Below are positions 52,587 through 63,152 of a stretch of 64,000 nucleotides of DNA, piece by piece (position 1 is the first letter of the stretch; each line of letters opens with the position of its first letter). The position numbers and the translations under genes are program-made. This DNA is from Candidatus Hydrogenedentota bacterium (GTDB taxonomy: Bacteria > Hydrogenedentota > Hydrogenedentia > Hydrogenedentales > SLHB01): contig JAWXCN010000035.1 in assembly GCA_034408725.1 (NCBI GenBank), positions 1,002 to 65,001 on the forward strand, written 5' to 3'. The notes below the pieces were generated by a model. It ran no database searches, was not told where the DNA came from, and was given only the letters and a program-made list of their open reading frames with translations.

Positions 52587-52640
52587 GATCAAAAGGGAGC
52601 TTTTCAAGAGTGCATTACCAAATGGAAATTTGGTAACGAG
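52587..52640. repeat. Hairpin repeat copy at the right side of the defence genes
   Basis: GATCAAAAGGGAGCTTTTCAAGAGTGCATTACCAAATGGAAATTTGGTAACGAG, same orientation as 46748-46801 and 47411-47464. Confidence 0.85.
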
Positions 52641-52993
52641 GAAGATCAGGAGTGCAATGGGTTGGGCTATTGATCGGCGGTAGGTGAAATAAAGCCCTGG
52701 AGTTTTTGAGCGATGGACCGAATGGTTGAGCAGCTGGGCGGGCGGTCGTGGTTGTGCGCGATCGCGCCGGGGATGCGCGGGGGCTCTCTAAGGCGGTGAA
52801 ACGAAAGCGGACGGCAGAAGTCAAGGCGAAGCGAGTACGAGCACGACCACGAGATGGGAAGATCGAGTGCAATAGTGTGGGCAGTAGATCGGGGAATATG
52901 ACGTAAACGATTGGAGAAGTCGGTAGCGATGGGACGTCGGTCAAGACATTTTCCGGATTTAAGTCTGGTGAACGTGCGAATGGCTGCGGAGAA

Positions 52994-53250
52994 GTGTCCG
53001 CGTCAGAGTCGCGGGCGGAGTTTGCGTCGGAGTATTTTCGGGATCGGCGGGGGAAGGCTTGGTGTGTGCGGGGGTATCAGGGGCTTTCTTTGGAGTCGCG
53101 GGCGTTGCGCAAAGTTCACTGCGACGGCCGCGACGTGGGGAAGACGTCGGAGATTGAGATTGTGGCGGCGTGGGCTTCGGTGGCGTTGCCGAATCGGGAG
53201 ATGTTGATTGCGACGCAGTGCGAGAACCATTTATTTCCGTTGATGGATTG
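52994..53250 (+). pseudogene. N-terminal fragment of a terminase large subunit (gp17/Terminase_6-like ATPase)
   Basis: RGYQ (Q motif) 15 residues before Walker A GRDVGKT, then helix and MLIAT strand; ORF ends with no Walker B or nuclease domain. Confidence 0.6.
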
Positions 53251-53440
53251 TATAACCAAGTCCACATGCTGTCAACGCGCGCCTGTATCGCATCTCCCTA
53301 TCTCTGTAATCTGCGGACAATACTCCCAATAACCACCCACGCATTGACTCAGTCATCTGCGGAACCCGATACCCCGATACCCGAAACCCGCCTTCCCACA
53401 TGCAACGCCACGCCCCATATAAGTAAGGAGAACTACAACC

Positions 53441-54657
53441 ATGCCTATAAACGCAACCACCAACGCCGGCACCCCCTGTGCCCGCTCATGGACCCAGTCC
53501 TGGGTCGAAACCGTCAACACAACCGAAACCCAGCTAAATCACCGCATCTGCGGCGCGCGCCTCCCCGACGCGACACCCTGCACCAACACGTCGGAGCATC
53601 CCTCAGGCCGCTGCCCATTCACGGCGGCTTCGACCTCACCGGAGCACCCCCCGGCAACCGCAACGCCGTCATCCACGGCATCTACTCCCGCCGACTTCGA
53701 ACCTGCTCTGCGAGCTGTCCATTCTGGAAAACCTGCCCCATCGCCAACCCCAACCGAAAACTAACCGATCCGTCCACACCATCTACACCGTCCCCGGATC
53801 CCGAAACTTGTCCGCTGATCTGTCCATATCAATTAACCGAATACAACACCGTCCTCACCGACGCCCTCGCCATCGTAGAATCCCAGCCTCACCCAAACCC
53901 GATGGGCATCCACGCCGCCCACAACGTCGCCACGCTACAAGTCCTCGTCAGTTCCGCTGCTACCCACCTCGCAAACAACATCACTGACTCCGAAACCGAC
54001 ACCTCAGACCCCGCTAACACCAATTCGATCATCGCGTTCACCCGACTCATGCGCGAGCTCAGAGCGTCCATCAGAACACTCGCCAGTCCCCAGCACACCC
54101 CTTTTATTCGTCAAAACAATTTCGCAGCCCCTACCCCAGAGGGCATTTTCCGCCACGCCCAACGCGCGCAGCACGATACCGGCCTCGACCCTGACTCCAT
54201 CGCCGATGCCCAGCTCCCGCCGCAAACCAACGAAACCCATGCGCACGGTTATTTGCAGCATGCTATTGAGGCAGGAGCGCAGGGACGCGACGTGGAAATG
54301 TGCGAGGCCTTCGACAATGCCGCCCGGCTCGACGAGCCTCTCGCGGAAATGGAACGCGACCACGTCCTCGCGTGTTACCGACCTGCTAAGCAAAGCGTGT
54401 CCGAAGAACTGGCCGCTGCCATTCTTGGCAATCTCCATTTGCCGCCACTGCCCAAATTAGACGAAAACGGCGACGCGCTCCCGACCGAACGCGAACTGAT
54501 CGAAAGGTCCAACAAATTCACCGAGCAATACCTCGACCTATTCCAGCGCGGCAAAATCCCGCCCGAAGCGTTCCCCCTAGACTCGAAAATTCGGAAACTG
54601 GCCGAAGCCATTTTCGATCAGGAGTCCACAGCTCCCGAACCCGTGGAGTCCGCATAA
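53441..54657 (+). pseudogene. HGGxSTG-type (terminase small subunit-like) Cys-rich protein split by a single-base frameshift
   Basis: AAGGAG RBS and ATG 53441; ICGARLPDATPC...GRCP in one frame continues as HGGFDLTGAPPGNRNAVIHGIYS in the -1 frame at ~53614-53621. Confidence 0.7.
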
Positions 54658-54677
54658 AATGTCAGCGCGGGGTCGGA

Positions 54678-54707
54678 TTGACTCGTATTTTCCGGCGGTG
54701 CTACCAT
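54678..54707 (+). promoter_or_regulatory. Putative sigma70 promoter of cysK-metY-metXW
   Basis: TTGACT-N18-TACCAT with TG extension. Confidence 0.5.
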
Positions 54708-54808
54708 TTGCTCCAAACTGTCTCAGGAGCCATGAGCCGCGCGTATGCCCAGTTGGCGCAACGCGGACACGCTCGCCCACAACTGAACGAATTCCGGAGG
54801 ACGTCCAC

Positions 54809-55735
54809 ATGCGCGTGTTTGAAGACAATAGTTTCAGCATCGGCAATACCCCCCTCATTCATCTGCAAAAACTTGGCAAAGGACTCGGCGCAAAAGTTTT
54901 GGGCAAAATTGAAGGGCGCAACCCTGCCTATTCGGTCAAGTGCCGCATCGGCGCGGCGATGATTTGGGACGCGGAAAAGCGCGGAGTGCTGAAACCTGGC
55001 GGCACGATTGTGGAGCCGACATCGGGCAACACGGGGATTGCGTTGGCGTTCGTCGCGGCCGCGCGCGGATACAAACTTATCCTTGCCATGCCGGAGACCA
55101 TGAGCCTGGAACGCAGGCAGATGTTAAAGGCATTCGGCGCGCAACTGGTGCTAACGCCCGGTGAAAAGGGAATGCCCGGCGCCATTGCGCAGGCAGAACA
55201 GATTGTGGCCGAGAACCCCGGTTACTTCATCCCGCAGCAATTCAAGAATCCGGCCAATGTGGAAGTTCATTACAAGACGACTGGACCGGAAATCTGGAAT
55301 GATACCGATGGCGAAATCGACGTACTGGTTTCAGGCGTCGGCACGGGCGGCACGATTACCGGCGTGTCGAAATACATCAAACAGGACAAAGGCAAGAAGA
55401 TACTCAGCGTCGCAATCGAACCGACGAATTCGCCGGTGCTCTCCGGCGGAAAACCTGGGCCACACAAAATTCAGGGACTTGGCGCGGGCTTTAAACCGGA
55501 CATCCTGGACATGAGCCTTGTTGATCGGGTCGAGCTCGTCACCAACGAAGAATCGTTCGAGAACGCACGGCGGCTCACGCGAGAAGAAGGTATCATCAGC
55601 GGAATGAGCGGTGGCGCGGCGGTGAGCGTTGCCCTGCGCTTGGCCGCCGAACCCGATCTCGCCGGTAAAACCATCGTCGTTGTACTCCCGGATTCGGGCG
55701 AACGCTACCTCTCAACGCCGCTGTTCGACGCGTAA
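54809..55735 (+). CDS. cysK: Cysteine synthase A
   Basis: [11 protein letters not shown] (PLP Lys), [33 protein letters not shown]; GGAGG RBS. Confidence 0.96.
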   Translation: MRVFEDNSFSIGNTPLIHLQKLGKGLGAKVLGKIEGRNPAYSVKCRIGAAMIWDAEKRGVLKPGGTIVEPTSGNTGIALAFVAAARGYKLILAMPETMSLERRQMLKAFGAQLVLTPGEKGMPGAIAQAEQIVAENPGYFIPQQFKNPANVEVHYKTTGPEIWNDTDGEIDVLVSGVGTGGTITGVSKYIKQDKGKKILSVAIEPTNSPVLSGGKPGPHKIQGLGAGFKPDILDMSLVDRVELVTNEESFENARRLTREEGIISGMSGGAAVSVALRLAAEPDLAGKTIVVVLPDSGERYLSTPLFDA

Positions 55736-55799
55736 CGCCGCCCGTGGAAGGGGAGCCGTGCTTCGCGTTCCCTCGTTGAATTCCGGGAACGAAGCATAG

Positions 55800-57116
<1,317 letters not shown>

Positions 57117-57262
57117 GTGCGCACAGGCCAATCTAAGTTATAATTCGGCAAGGATTGGAATGTCCCATGAGCGCATCGCGTACAACGCAACATTCGCATC
57201 GGAACGCCCGCAATAGCCGCCGATACCCGCTCGCTTGGACCAGGAAAGAATTGAAACGGTAA

Positions 57263-59080
57263 ATGGCGCAAGAAGACTCAGTAGGGCTCGTCGAAGTTAA
57301 GCAGTTCACTTTTGCGGAACCGCCCAACCAACTCGAACTTGAGGGCGGCCGCAAGCTGGGTCCCATTACACTCGCATACGAAACCTACGGCACGCTGAAC
57401 GCCGACCATTCCAACGCTGTCCTGGTTGTGCACGCGTTGTCGGGCGATGCCCACGCCGCCGGCCTGCACGCCGAGGGCGATGCAAAACCGGGCTGGTGGG
57501 ACAACATGATCGGCCCCGGAAAAGGGTTCGACACGACGAAGTACTTCGTCATCTCTTCCAATGTGCTTGGCGGTTGTCAGGGATCGACAGGGCCATCGTC
57601 CTTCAACCCGGCCAGCGGCAAACCGTATGGCATTGATTTTCCCGTGATCACCATTGGCGACATGGTGCGCGCGCAAAAATTTCTCATTGAGCATCTCGGC
57701 ATCGAGAAACTGCTCTGTGTCGCCGGCGGCTCGATGGGCGGAATGCAAACGCTCGAATGGATGACGCGCTTTCCCGAAATGGTTGAGTCGTCCATCGTCA
57801 TCGCCACGACACCAGTATTGAACGCGATGGGGATCGCCTTTGATTCCGTGGGCCGTCACGCGATCCAGGCCGATCCCGCGTTTTGCGGCGGGAAATACTA
57901 TGAAGCCGGCCAACAGCCGGACGAAGGCCTCGCGATTGCGCGCATGCTCGCGCACATCACGTATCTGTCCGATCAGTCGATGGGCAAAAAGTTCGGGCGC
58001 GCGCTCCGGTTCACCAGCGAATACCGGTACGATTTCAACAGCGAGTTTTCCGTCGAGACGTATCTCGACTATCAGGGCGAACAATTCGTCAACCGGTTCG
58101 ATGCGAACAGCTATCTTTACATCACGAAAGCGATCAACTATTTCGATCTCGGCGCGAAATACGGTTCACTCGATAACGCGATGGCGCGCGTCAAAGGCAA
58201 GACGATGGTCCTGTCGTATTCCTCTGATTGGCTGTACCCGCCGTATCAGTCGCAACAGGTCGTTGATGCGCTGACGCGCCAGCGCAAGGACGTGACTTAC
58301 TGCAATATCCAGTCGGACTACGGCCACGACGCCTTTCTGCTCGAAGTGGATGTAATGAAGAAGCTGATTAGCGGCTTCCTCGAATACGTCGCGCACCCGG
58401 CGAAGAAAGGCGCGCGCCGCCAGCCCTTCGCCGATAGCGAAGCGGACCTCGGCCCGCCGAAAACGGCGTCGGCGAGCATTTACGAAGGCCACCGCGTGGA
58501 CTATGAAATGATCGTCAACCTCGTCGAAGAAGGCAGTCGCGTGCTCGATATCGGCTGCGGCGACGGCGAACTCCTGGATCAGCTCATCCATTACAAAGGC
58601 GTCGATGACACCGGCATCGAACTGTCGCAGGGCAACATCGTGAGCTGCGTGCGGCGCGGTATTTCCGTCATCCAGCAGGACATCGACAAAGGCCTCACCA
58701 CGTTGCCGGATCAAAGTTTCGATTTCGTGATCCTCAGCATGACGTTGCAGGTGATCAAAAAACCGGATTACGTCTTGCAGGAAATGCTCCGGGTGGGGAA
58801 GAAATGCATCGTCAGCTTTCCAAACTTCGGCTTCTGGAAAGTCCGCGCGAAATCGCTGCTCCTCGGCCGCGCGCCCGTCACGCGAAACCTTCCCTACGCC
58901 TGGTGGCTCAGCCCGAATCGCCACGTCCTCTCAATCAAAGACTTCCGCGAATACTGCCGCGAACGCAATTTCCGCATCGAACGCGAATTCCCCCTCAACC
59001 GCCGCGGCCTCGTTTGGTCCGCGCACATCTGGCCGAACATGCTCGCGGATGAAGCGGTGTTTGTGATTACCAATCGATGA
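57263..59080 (+). CDS. metX: Homoserine O-acetyltransferase fused to MetW methyltransferase-like domain
   Basis: HALSGDAH, GGSMGG, GHDAFL; then VLDIGCGDG, SFPNFGFW, LPYAWW. Confidence 0.93.
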   Translation: MAQEDSVGLVEVKQFTFAEPPNQLELEGGRKLGPITLAYETYGTLNADHSNAVLVVHALSGDAHAAGLHAEGDAKPGWWDNMIGPGKGFDTTKYFVISSNVLGGCQGSTGPSSFNPASGKPYGIDFPVITIGDMVRAQKFLIEHLGIEKLLCVAGGSMGGMQTLEWMTRFPEMVESSIVIATTPVLNAMGIAFDSVGRHAIQADPAFCGGKYYEAGQQPDEGLAIARMLAHITYLSDQSMGKKFGRALRFTSEYRYDFNSEFSVETYLDYQGEQFVNRFDANSYLYITKAINYFDLGAKYGSLDNAMARVKGKTMVLSYSSDWLYPPYQSQQVVDALTRQRKDVTYCNIQSDYGHDAFLLEVDVMKKLISGFLEYVAHPAKKGARRQPFADSEADLGPPKTASASIYEGHRVDYEMIVNLVEEGSRVLDIGCGDGELLDQLIHYKGVDDTGIELSQGNIVSCVRRGISVIQQDIDKGLTTLPDQSFDFVILSMTLQVIKKPDYVLQEMLRVGKKCIVSFPNFGFWKVRAKSLLLGRAPVTRNLPYAWWLSPNRHVLSIKDFREYCRERNFRIEREFPLNRRGLVWSAHIWPNMLADEAVFVITNR

Positions 59081-59162
59081 TGTAGCGCTGAATTCCGATT
59101 CGGCGCATGTCGCTCAGTCAGACTCCGAATTGCAGTGACGCCGAAACGAAGGGTTGCGCTAC
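59081..59162. repeat. REP-like hairpin element between convergent genes
   Basis: GTAGCGCTGAATTCCGATTCGGCG...CGCCGAAACG...GCGCTAC. Confidence 0.55.
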
Positions 59163-59852
59163 GCATTGCCGTTGTTTCACACAGACACAGACATACCTAT
59201 GTTGCGGCCCAGTTTTCGGTACAGCGCGAGCGCGGGTGCAGAATTCTGAAATGCAAAAGAGGGATGAGCATACAACCGCAATCGGTATCGCGAAATTTCG
59301 GAATTCAGGGACAAACCACGCGGCAAGTATTACTCCCAGGAACGTATAAACGGGAACCGTGATTGCCCGGACCAACACGACTGTGCGCGGCGAAAGAACT
59401 CCAAAGAGCGTGGGCCAGAATACCGTGTTTCCGAGGAATAACAACATCGCGAGCCAATAAAACGGGTGCGAACATACGTCGAACAGGGAATCAATTTTTG
59501 AGAAGTCGCTGTATTGACTGAAATTGATTACCACGATATATGCCAACAAAATCAGCCATGAAAATGCGATGAGCCGTTGCCGCCATGTCCGATGCTTCTT
59601 GATATTTTTCAAATCTCGATCTTCCCAGATGGTAAGATATTTAGCACGAAATTCTTTATTAGCGATCTCCGCGTCGCCCAAGGTCGCAACCGCGATTGAC
59701 GATGCCTGGTCGATATCCTGCACCGTTTGAAGCGCTGACTCGAGTGCGGAGTGATAGTGCTCTTCAACTTCTTCGCGGATGCGCGCCTTGGCATTGTCGC
59801 ACAGACCCGCCGTGGCGATATCAAACCATTTACTAAAATAAGTACAACTCAT
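59118..59852 (-). CDS. HAAS/permease-prefix-like membrane protein, paralog 7
   Basis: WFDIATAGLCDNAKARIREEVEEH...LGD...YLT..E plus about 4 TM. Confidence 0.75.
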   Translation of the reverse strand: MSCTYFSKWFDIATAGLCDNAKARIREEVEEHYHSALESALQTVQDIDQASSIAVATLGDAEIANKEFRAKYLTIWEDRDLKNIKKHRTWRQRLIAFSWLILLAYIVVINFSQYSDFSKIDSLFDVCSHPFYWLAMLLFLGNTVFWPTLFGVLSPRTVVLVRAITVPVYTFLGVILAAWFVPEFRNFAIPIAVVCSSLFCISEFCTRARAVPKTGPQHRYVCVCVKQRQCVAQPFVSASLQFGV

Positions 59853-60505
59853 GTGCCCGCACCACCGTCGGCATTTTCTATCTTGGCTAGCAGCCGCTTA
59901 GCCTCGAAAGCGAAAGCCGTAAACCGCACGAATGTACACGCCGAAAGCATCAGCATTAGTGCGCGAATCGCAATTGTCTCAAAGTCAACGAAAAGCGCCC
60001 ACAATAAAAATATCACCCCAATCGCAAGCAGAAACGCGGCTTGGCTCCACAGTAGCAATGAAAGCTGTTTAGAAAATGTGTAGCGCAGAATTGCAAATCC
60101 AGCCAGGTCGCTTACCACGAGGTTCAAGGAGATCTGGACGGCCAACATCTCGCCGGGTTCGAACATAAGGTTGAACGAAACAAACACAAGGGCAAAGCTG
60201 GTCAACGAAATCCATAATGTAATCAGTGTATACGGCTTTCGAAATTCGTTTAAGCGCTGTTCATCGTGTCGCGTGAGGTAGACGCGTCGATATCTTGCTC
60301 TTGCCTTCTTCGGCGAGCCGAGTTCTTTTAGTGCCTGGGCCAAAGCAGAGTCGGTTGAACACCCGTTCGCGACCAGCGCGTTTATCTGTTCCGATACGTG
60401 CGCACTAATTTCCATGCGGACGCGCGCTTTCTCCGAATCGCATAGACCGTGGGTGGCGGTTTGAATCCAATCGGACAGTACGGCGGAATTGGGTTCGGTG
60501 TTCAT
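59849..60505 (-). CDS. HAAS/permease-prefix-like membrane protein, paralog 6
   Basis: WIQTATHGLCDSEKARVRMEISAH...ELGSP...YLT plus about 4 TM. Confidence 0.8.
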   Translation of the reverse strand: MNTEPNSAVLSDWIQTATHGLCDSEKARVRMEISAHVSEQINALVANGCSTDSALAQALKELGSPKKARARYRRVYLTRHDEQRLNEFRKPYTLITLWISLTSFALVFVSFNLMFEPGEMLAVQISLNLVVSDLAGFAILRYTFSKQLSLLLWSQAAFLLAIGVIFLLWALFVDFETIAIRALMLMLSACTFVRFTAFAFEAKRLLAKIENADGGAGT

Positions 60506-61137
60506 GACGTCGCAACTCGTCCATGATTGTTAATCTTTCGCAGCCAACGATGTAAGTATACACCGCATACTGGCACAAGCGCGAGACACCCGAAAGATAA
60601 ATAGCCAAACGCATTATTCAGCAAAAAATCTTGAAATATTACTGACAAGCCTATCAGACTCGTTCCTAAAACATAAGAAATAACTTGCAACCGGGGCCGA
60701 TTCTTGCCTAGCCCCCATGGAACTACGGCGACGACAAGAATGAAAAGGGACGCGGTTAAAATGCTCGCCAACGCAAATAATGGTTGGGTGCGAAGCATTT
60801 CAATATTAACTGCAATTTGGAATAACCACAACGTTGCTAGGACTGCTCTGGTCGAGAAGGAAGGGACTGCCAGATAGCCGGATTCAAGCATATACGATTC
60901 GCGCATCGTCAGATACAACTTTCGGTATTTACGATTCGCCTTGCGGGCATCACCCAGACTCGATATTGCGACTTGTATAGCTATGCCCTCTTTCGTGCCG
61001 CGCGCTATAGATGCGTTGAAACTGTCGACAACATGGGCCTCGACCTCTTGGGTTATGCGCTCAATCGCGGCAGCGCAGAGGTCGTCAGTGGAGATTCTCA
61101 ACCACTCGCGGGCAGCTAATTTTGGGTCAATGTTCAT
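60502..61137 (-). CDS. HAAS/permease-prefix-like membrane protein, paralog 5
   Basis: Start MNIDPK at 61137; WLRISTDDLCAAAIERITQEVEAH...LGD...YLT. Confidence 0.8.
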   Translation of the reverse strand: MNIDPKLAAREWLRISTDDLCAAAIERITQEVEAHVVDSFNASIARGTKEGIAIQVAISSLGDARKANRKYRKLYLTMRESYMLESGYLAVPSFSTRAVLATLWLFQIAVNIEMLRTQPLFALASILTASLFILVVAVVPWGLGKNRPRLQVISYVLGTSLIGLSVIFQDFLLNNAFGYLSFGCLALVPVCGVYLHRWLRKINNHGRVATS

Positions 61138-61148
61138 TACGCTCGCTC

Positions 61149-61838
61149 CTAGTCTGCGCTCTTGAGTCTTCGCAATTTTGCGTCCAACCGGAAAAACGGG
61201 ATGTTTGCAATGGCCGCCAACACAGCCGTGCCGGTGGTCCACGCAATCCCAGCCGACCCTCCAATAGTATCGGTATGGACCATCAATGCGCTTAGGCACA
61301 ACTGATGAATTGTTAAACCAGCGAAAAATGCGCAGCTAAAGCCCAACGCTCCAAATCGGCGCGCTCCAAAAGCGGCCACGAGATGCGTAGCTGCGAGCGC
61401 GAGAACAGCAGCTGCCAGCAAGAGAGATTCACTGAGATGTGCCTCTAGGAATACTTTGTAATTTGGCTCAGAACCTGTCGGAATATCGATCAGTCCGAAG
61501 GGAATCAAAAAGACAATGGGCAGAATCAAAAAGCTCATGAGCGCCCGAGTCATCCCCTTGAACGGGTTTTTCATCCATCGAAGAAATGCCTCTTCGCGCA
61601 ATGTCAGGCACTGTTTTGAGAATGCCTTCGGGCTTCCCAATGCCTGTAATGCTGCACGATGCGCGGCACTCGCAGATAGACCCTGTTCGACAGACGATGT
61701 CATACAGGCTTCGTAATGATTCCGTATTTCATAAGTGATACGGTCGCGTGTTAGTTGCGAACACCGGCACAATGCTTCCGATAGCCAGAATTCCAGCTCA
61801 TCTCTGTGCAGCCATTCAATTATGGCGTTTGTATTCAT
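61149..61838 (-). CDS. HAAS/permease-prefix-like membrane protein, paralog 4
   Basis: HRDELEFWLSEALCRCSQLTRDRITYEIRNHY...LGSP. Confidence 0.8.
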   Translation of the reverse strand: MNTNAIIEWLHRDELEFWLSEALCRCSQLTRDRITYEIRNHYEACMTSSVEQGLSASAAHRAALQALGSPKAFSKQCLTLREEAFLRWMKNPFKGMTRALMSFLILPIVFLIPFGLIDIPTGSEPNYKVFLEAHLSESLLLAAAVLALAATHLVAAFGARRFGALGFSCAFFAGLTIHQLCLSALMVHTDTIGGSAGIAWTTGTAVLAAIANIPFFRLDAKLRRLKSAD

Positions 61839-62470
61839 TTCGCCGTCTCACGCCAGAGCTTTTTCGCCAATGGCAAATGTATAACGGCCAAAAATCCAAA
61901 GAAAATCGGCGACAGCAAACTTATACGATCTTGATCGATTATTGCTCTAAAGAAGTAGCCAACAGCAAATATTATCCAAAAAGCAATGAGTGCGGAAATT
62001 CGCAGTTTGTCCCCAATTTGCCGTGGCTTTCTATTGGCAAATTGCACGAAAGCTACCCAGCAAATGGAGAAAAACAACATCACCAATACCTGGCCAATCT
62101 GAACCCAACCAACCTCGCCATAAAACGCGAAAAGTAGCGCCACTCCGCACGGAATAAACAGGATAAGAATCCACTTCAGAGCTTTCGTCTGAAACCGAAC
62201 CGAGTCGAGCAACAACTGCTCGCTCCAAGTAAGATTTGTTTTTGTGTATCGCGCGCGGGCCGCTTCAGGACTGCCCAGACTATCCAGCACTTTGTGGAAT
62301 GCCGCAAACTCGTGCATTCCCTGTTCGCGAAAGCTTTCACATGCTGAGTCCACGTGTTGCGTGATCTCCGCGCGAATGCGGGCGCTTGCCTCCGAACACA
62401 AATCGCGTGTGGCGGATTTCAACCACAACTCCAGTGTTTTCTGTTCAGGTTGCGTTTCTCGTTCATTCAT
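61835..62470 (-). CDS. HAAS/permease-prefix-like membrane protein, paralog 3
   Basis: Start MNERETQ at 62470; WLKSATRDLCSEASARIRAEITQH...LGSP. Confidence 0.8.
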   Translation of the reverse strand: MNERETQPEQKTLELWLKSATRDLCSEASARIRAEITQHVDSACESFREQGMHEFAAFHKVLDSLGSPEAARARYTKTNLTWSEQLLLDSVRFQTKALKWILILFIPCGVALLFAFYGEVGWVQIGQVLVMLFFSICWVAFVQFANRKPRQIGDKLRISALIAFWIIFAVGYFFRAIIDQDRISLLSPIFFGFLAVIHLPLAKKLWRETAK

Positions 62471-63152
62471 TCGTCTTGTCCCGCGTCCCAATCCGACGCA
62501 GCTTTAGATGAAGCAAGATAAAAGGTGTATTGCCGGCAACCGAAAAAGCGGCCTGGCCCAAAACTAGAGCCGCTCCAGTTAAAGGTTCAATCAAGCCAAG
62601 TCGTACCACCATAATGCTTAAGCACAATTGAAACAGCGAACCTCCCAGGACAGAAGCAATGCATACGCCCGCACCGCCAAATCGTTTCGCGGAGAGAGGA
62701 AGGGCGATAAAAATGATTCCAAGCAAGAACATCGCTCCGGAAAGCCAGAATAATTCAATAAGGATTGGGCGGCCTGCTTGCACGCCTAGTGTATAAGCGA
62801 GCCAAGCGATGTAAGCAGCGCAGGCTACGGCGAGAAAGGCTATGGCGCCATGGACAAATCCGCGCCAGCCGGCGAGTGGATTAGCCATCCATGCAAGACG
62901 CGCTTCCTGCCTGTGGGTGAGGCAATGTCTGGAGTATGCTTTCGCGCTTCCAAGCGAATTCATCGTAGCACGATGCGCGGCTCGATCTGATATGCCTTCG
63001 TCCAAAAAACGTGCAACGGCCGACTCGTAATGTCCGCGCACCTCGCGCGACACACGTTCACGCGTTGACGGGGAACACGACCAAAGTGCTTTCCACAGCC
63101 AGAGGTCAAGCTCATCTCGGTGAACCGATTCGATTGTGCAATTCGAATTCAC
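62463..63152 (-). CDS. HAAS/permease-prefix-like membrane protein, paralog 2
   Basis: GTG start overlaps upstream stop (GTGA); HRDELDLWLWKALWSCSPSTRERVSREVRGHY...LGS. Confidence 0.8.
   Translation of the reverse strand: MNSNCTIESVHRDELDLWLWKALWSCSPSTRERVSREVRGHYESAVARFLDEGISDRAAHRATMNSLGSAKAYSRHCLTHRQEARLAWMANPLAGWRGFVHGAIAFLAVACAAYIAWLAYTLGVQAGRPILIELFWLSGAMFLLGIIFIALPLSAKRFGGAGVCIASVLGGSLFQLCLSIMVVRLGLIEPLTGAALVLGQAAFSVAGNTPFILLHLKLRRIGTRDKTNE

Noticed and set aside
46216-52640. Classical integron, IS or prophage call
   Set aside because: No integrase or transposase, no clear attC R-box pairs, no target-site duplication or structural phage genes seen
53170-53613. 5' part of the 495-aa ORF call
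   Set aside because: Low-complexity translation; the true start appears to be ATG 53441 in another frame
54659-54808. SAM riboswitch or T-box ahead of cysK-metY-metX
   Set aside because: No SAM-I core (AUCnAGAG...GCAACC) or T-box motif visible; the ORF extension to 54659 is also rejected in favour of ATG 54809 with RBS
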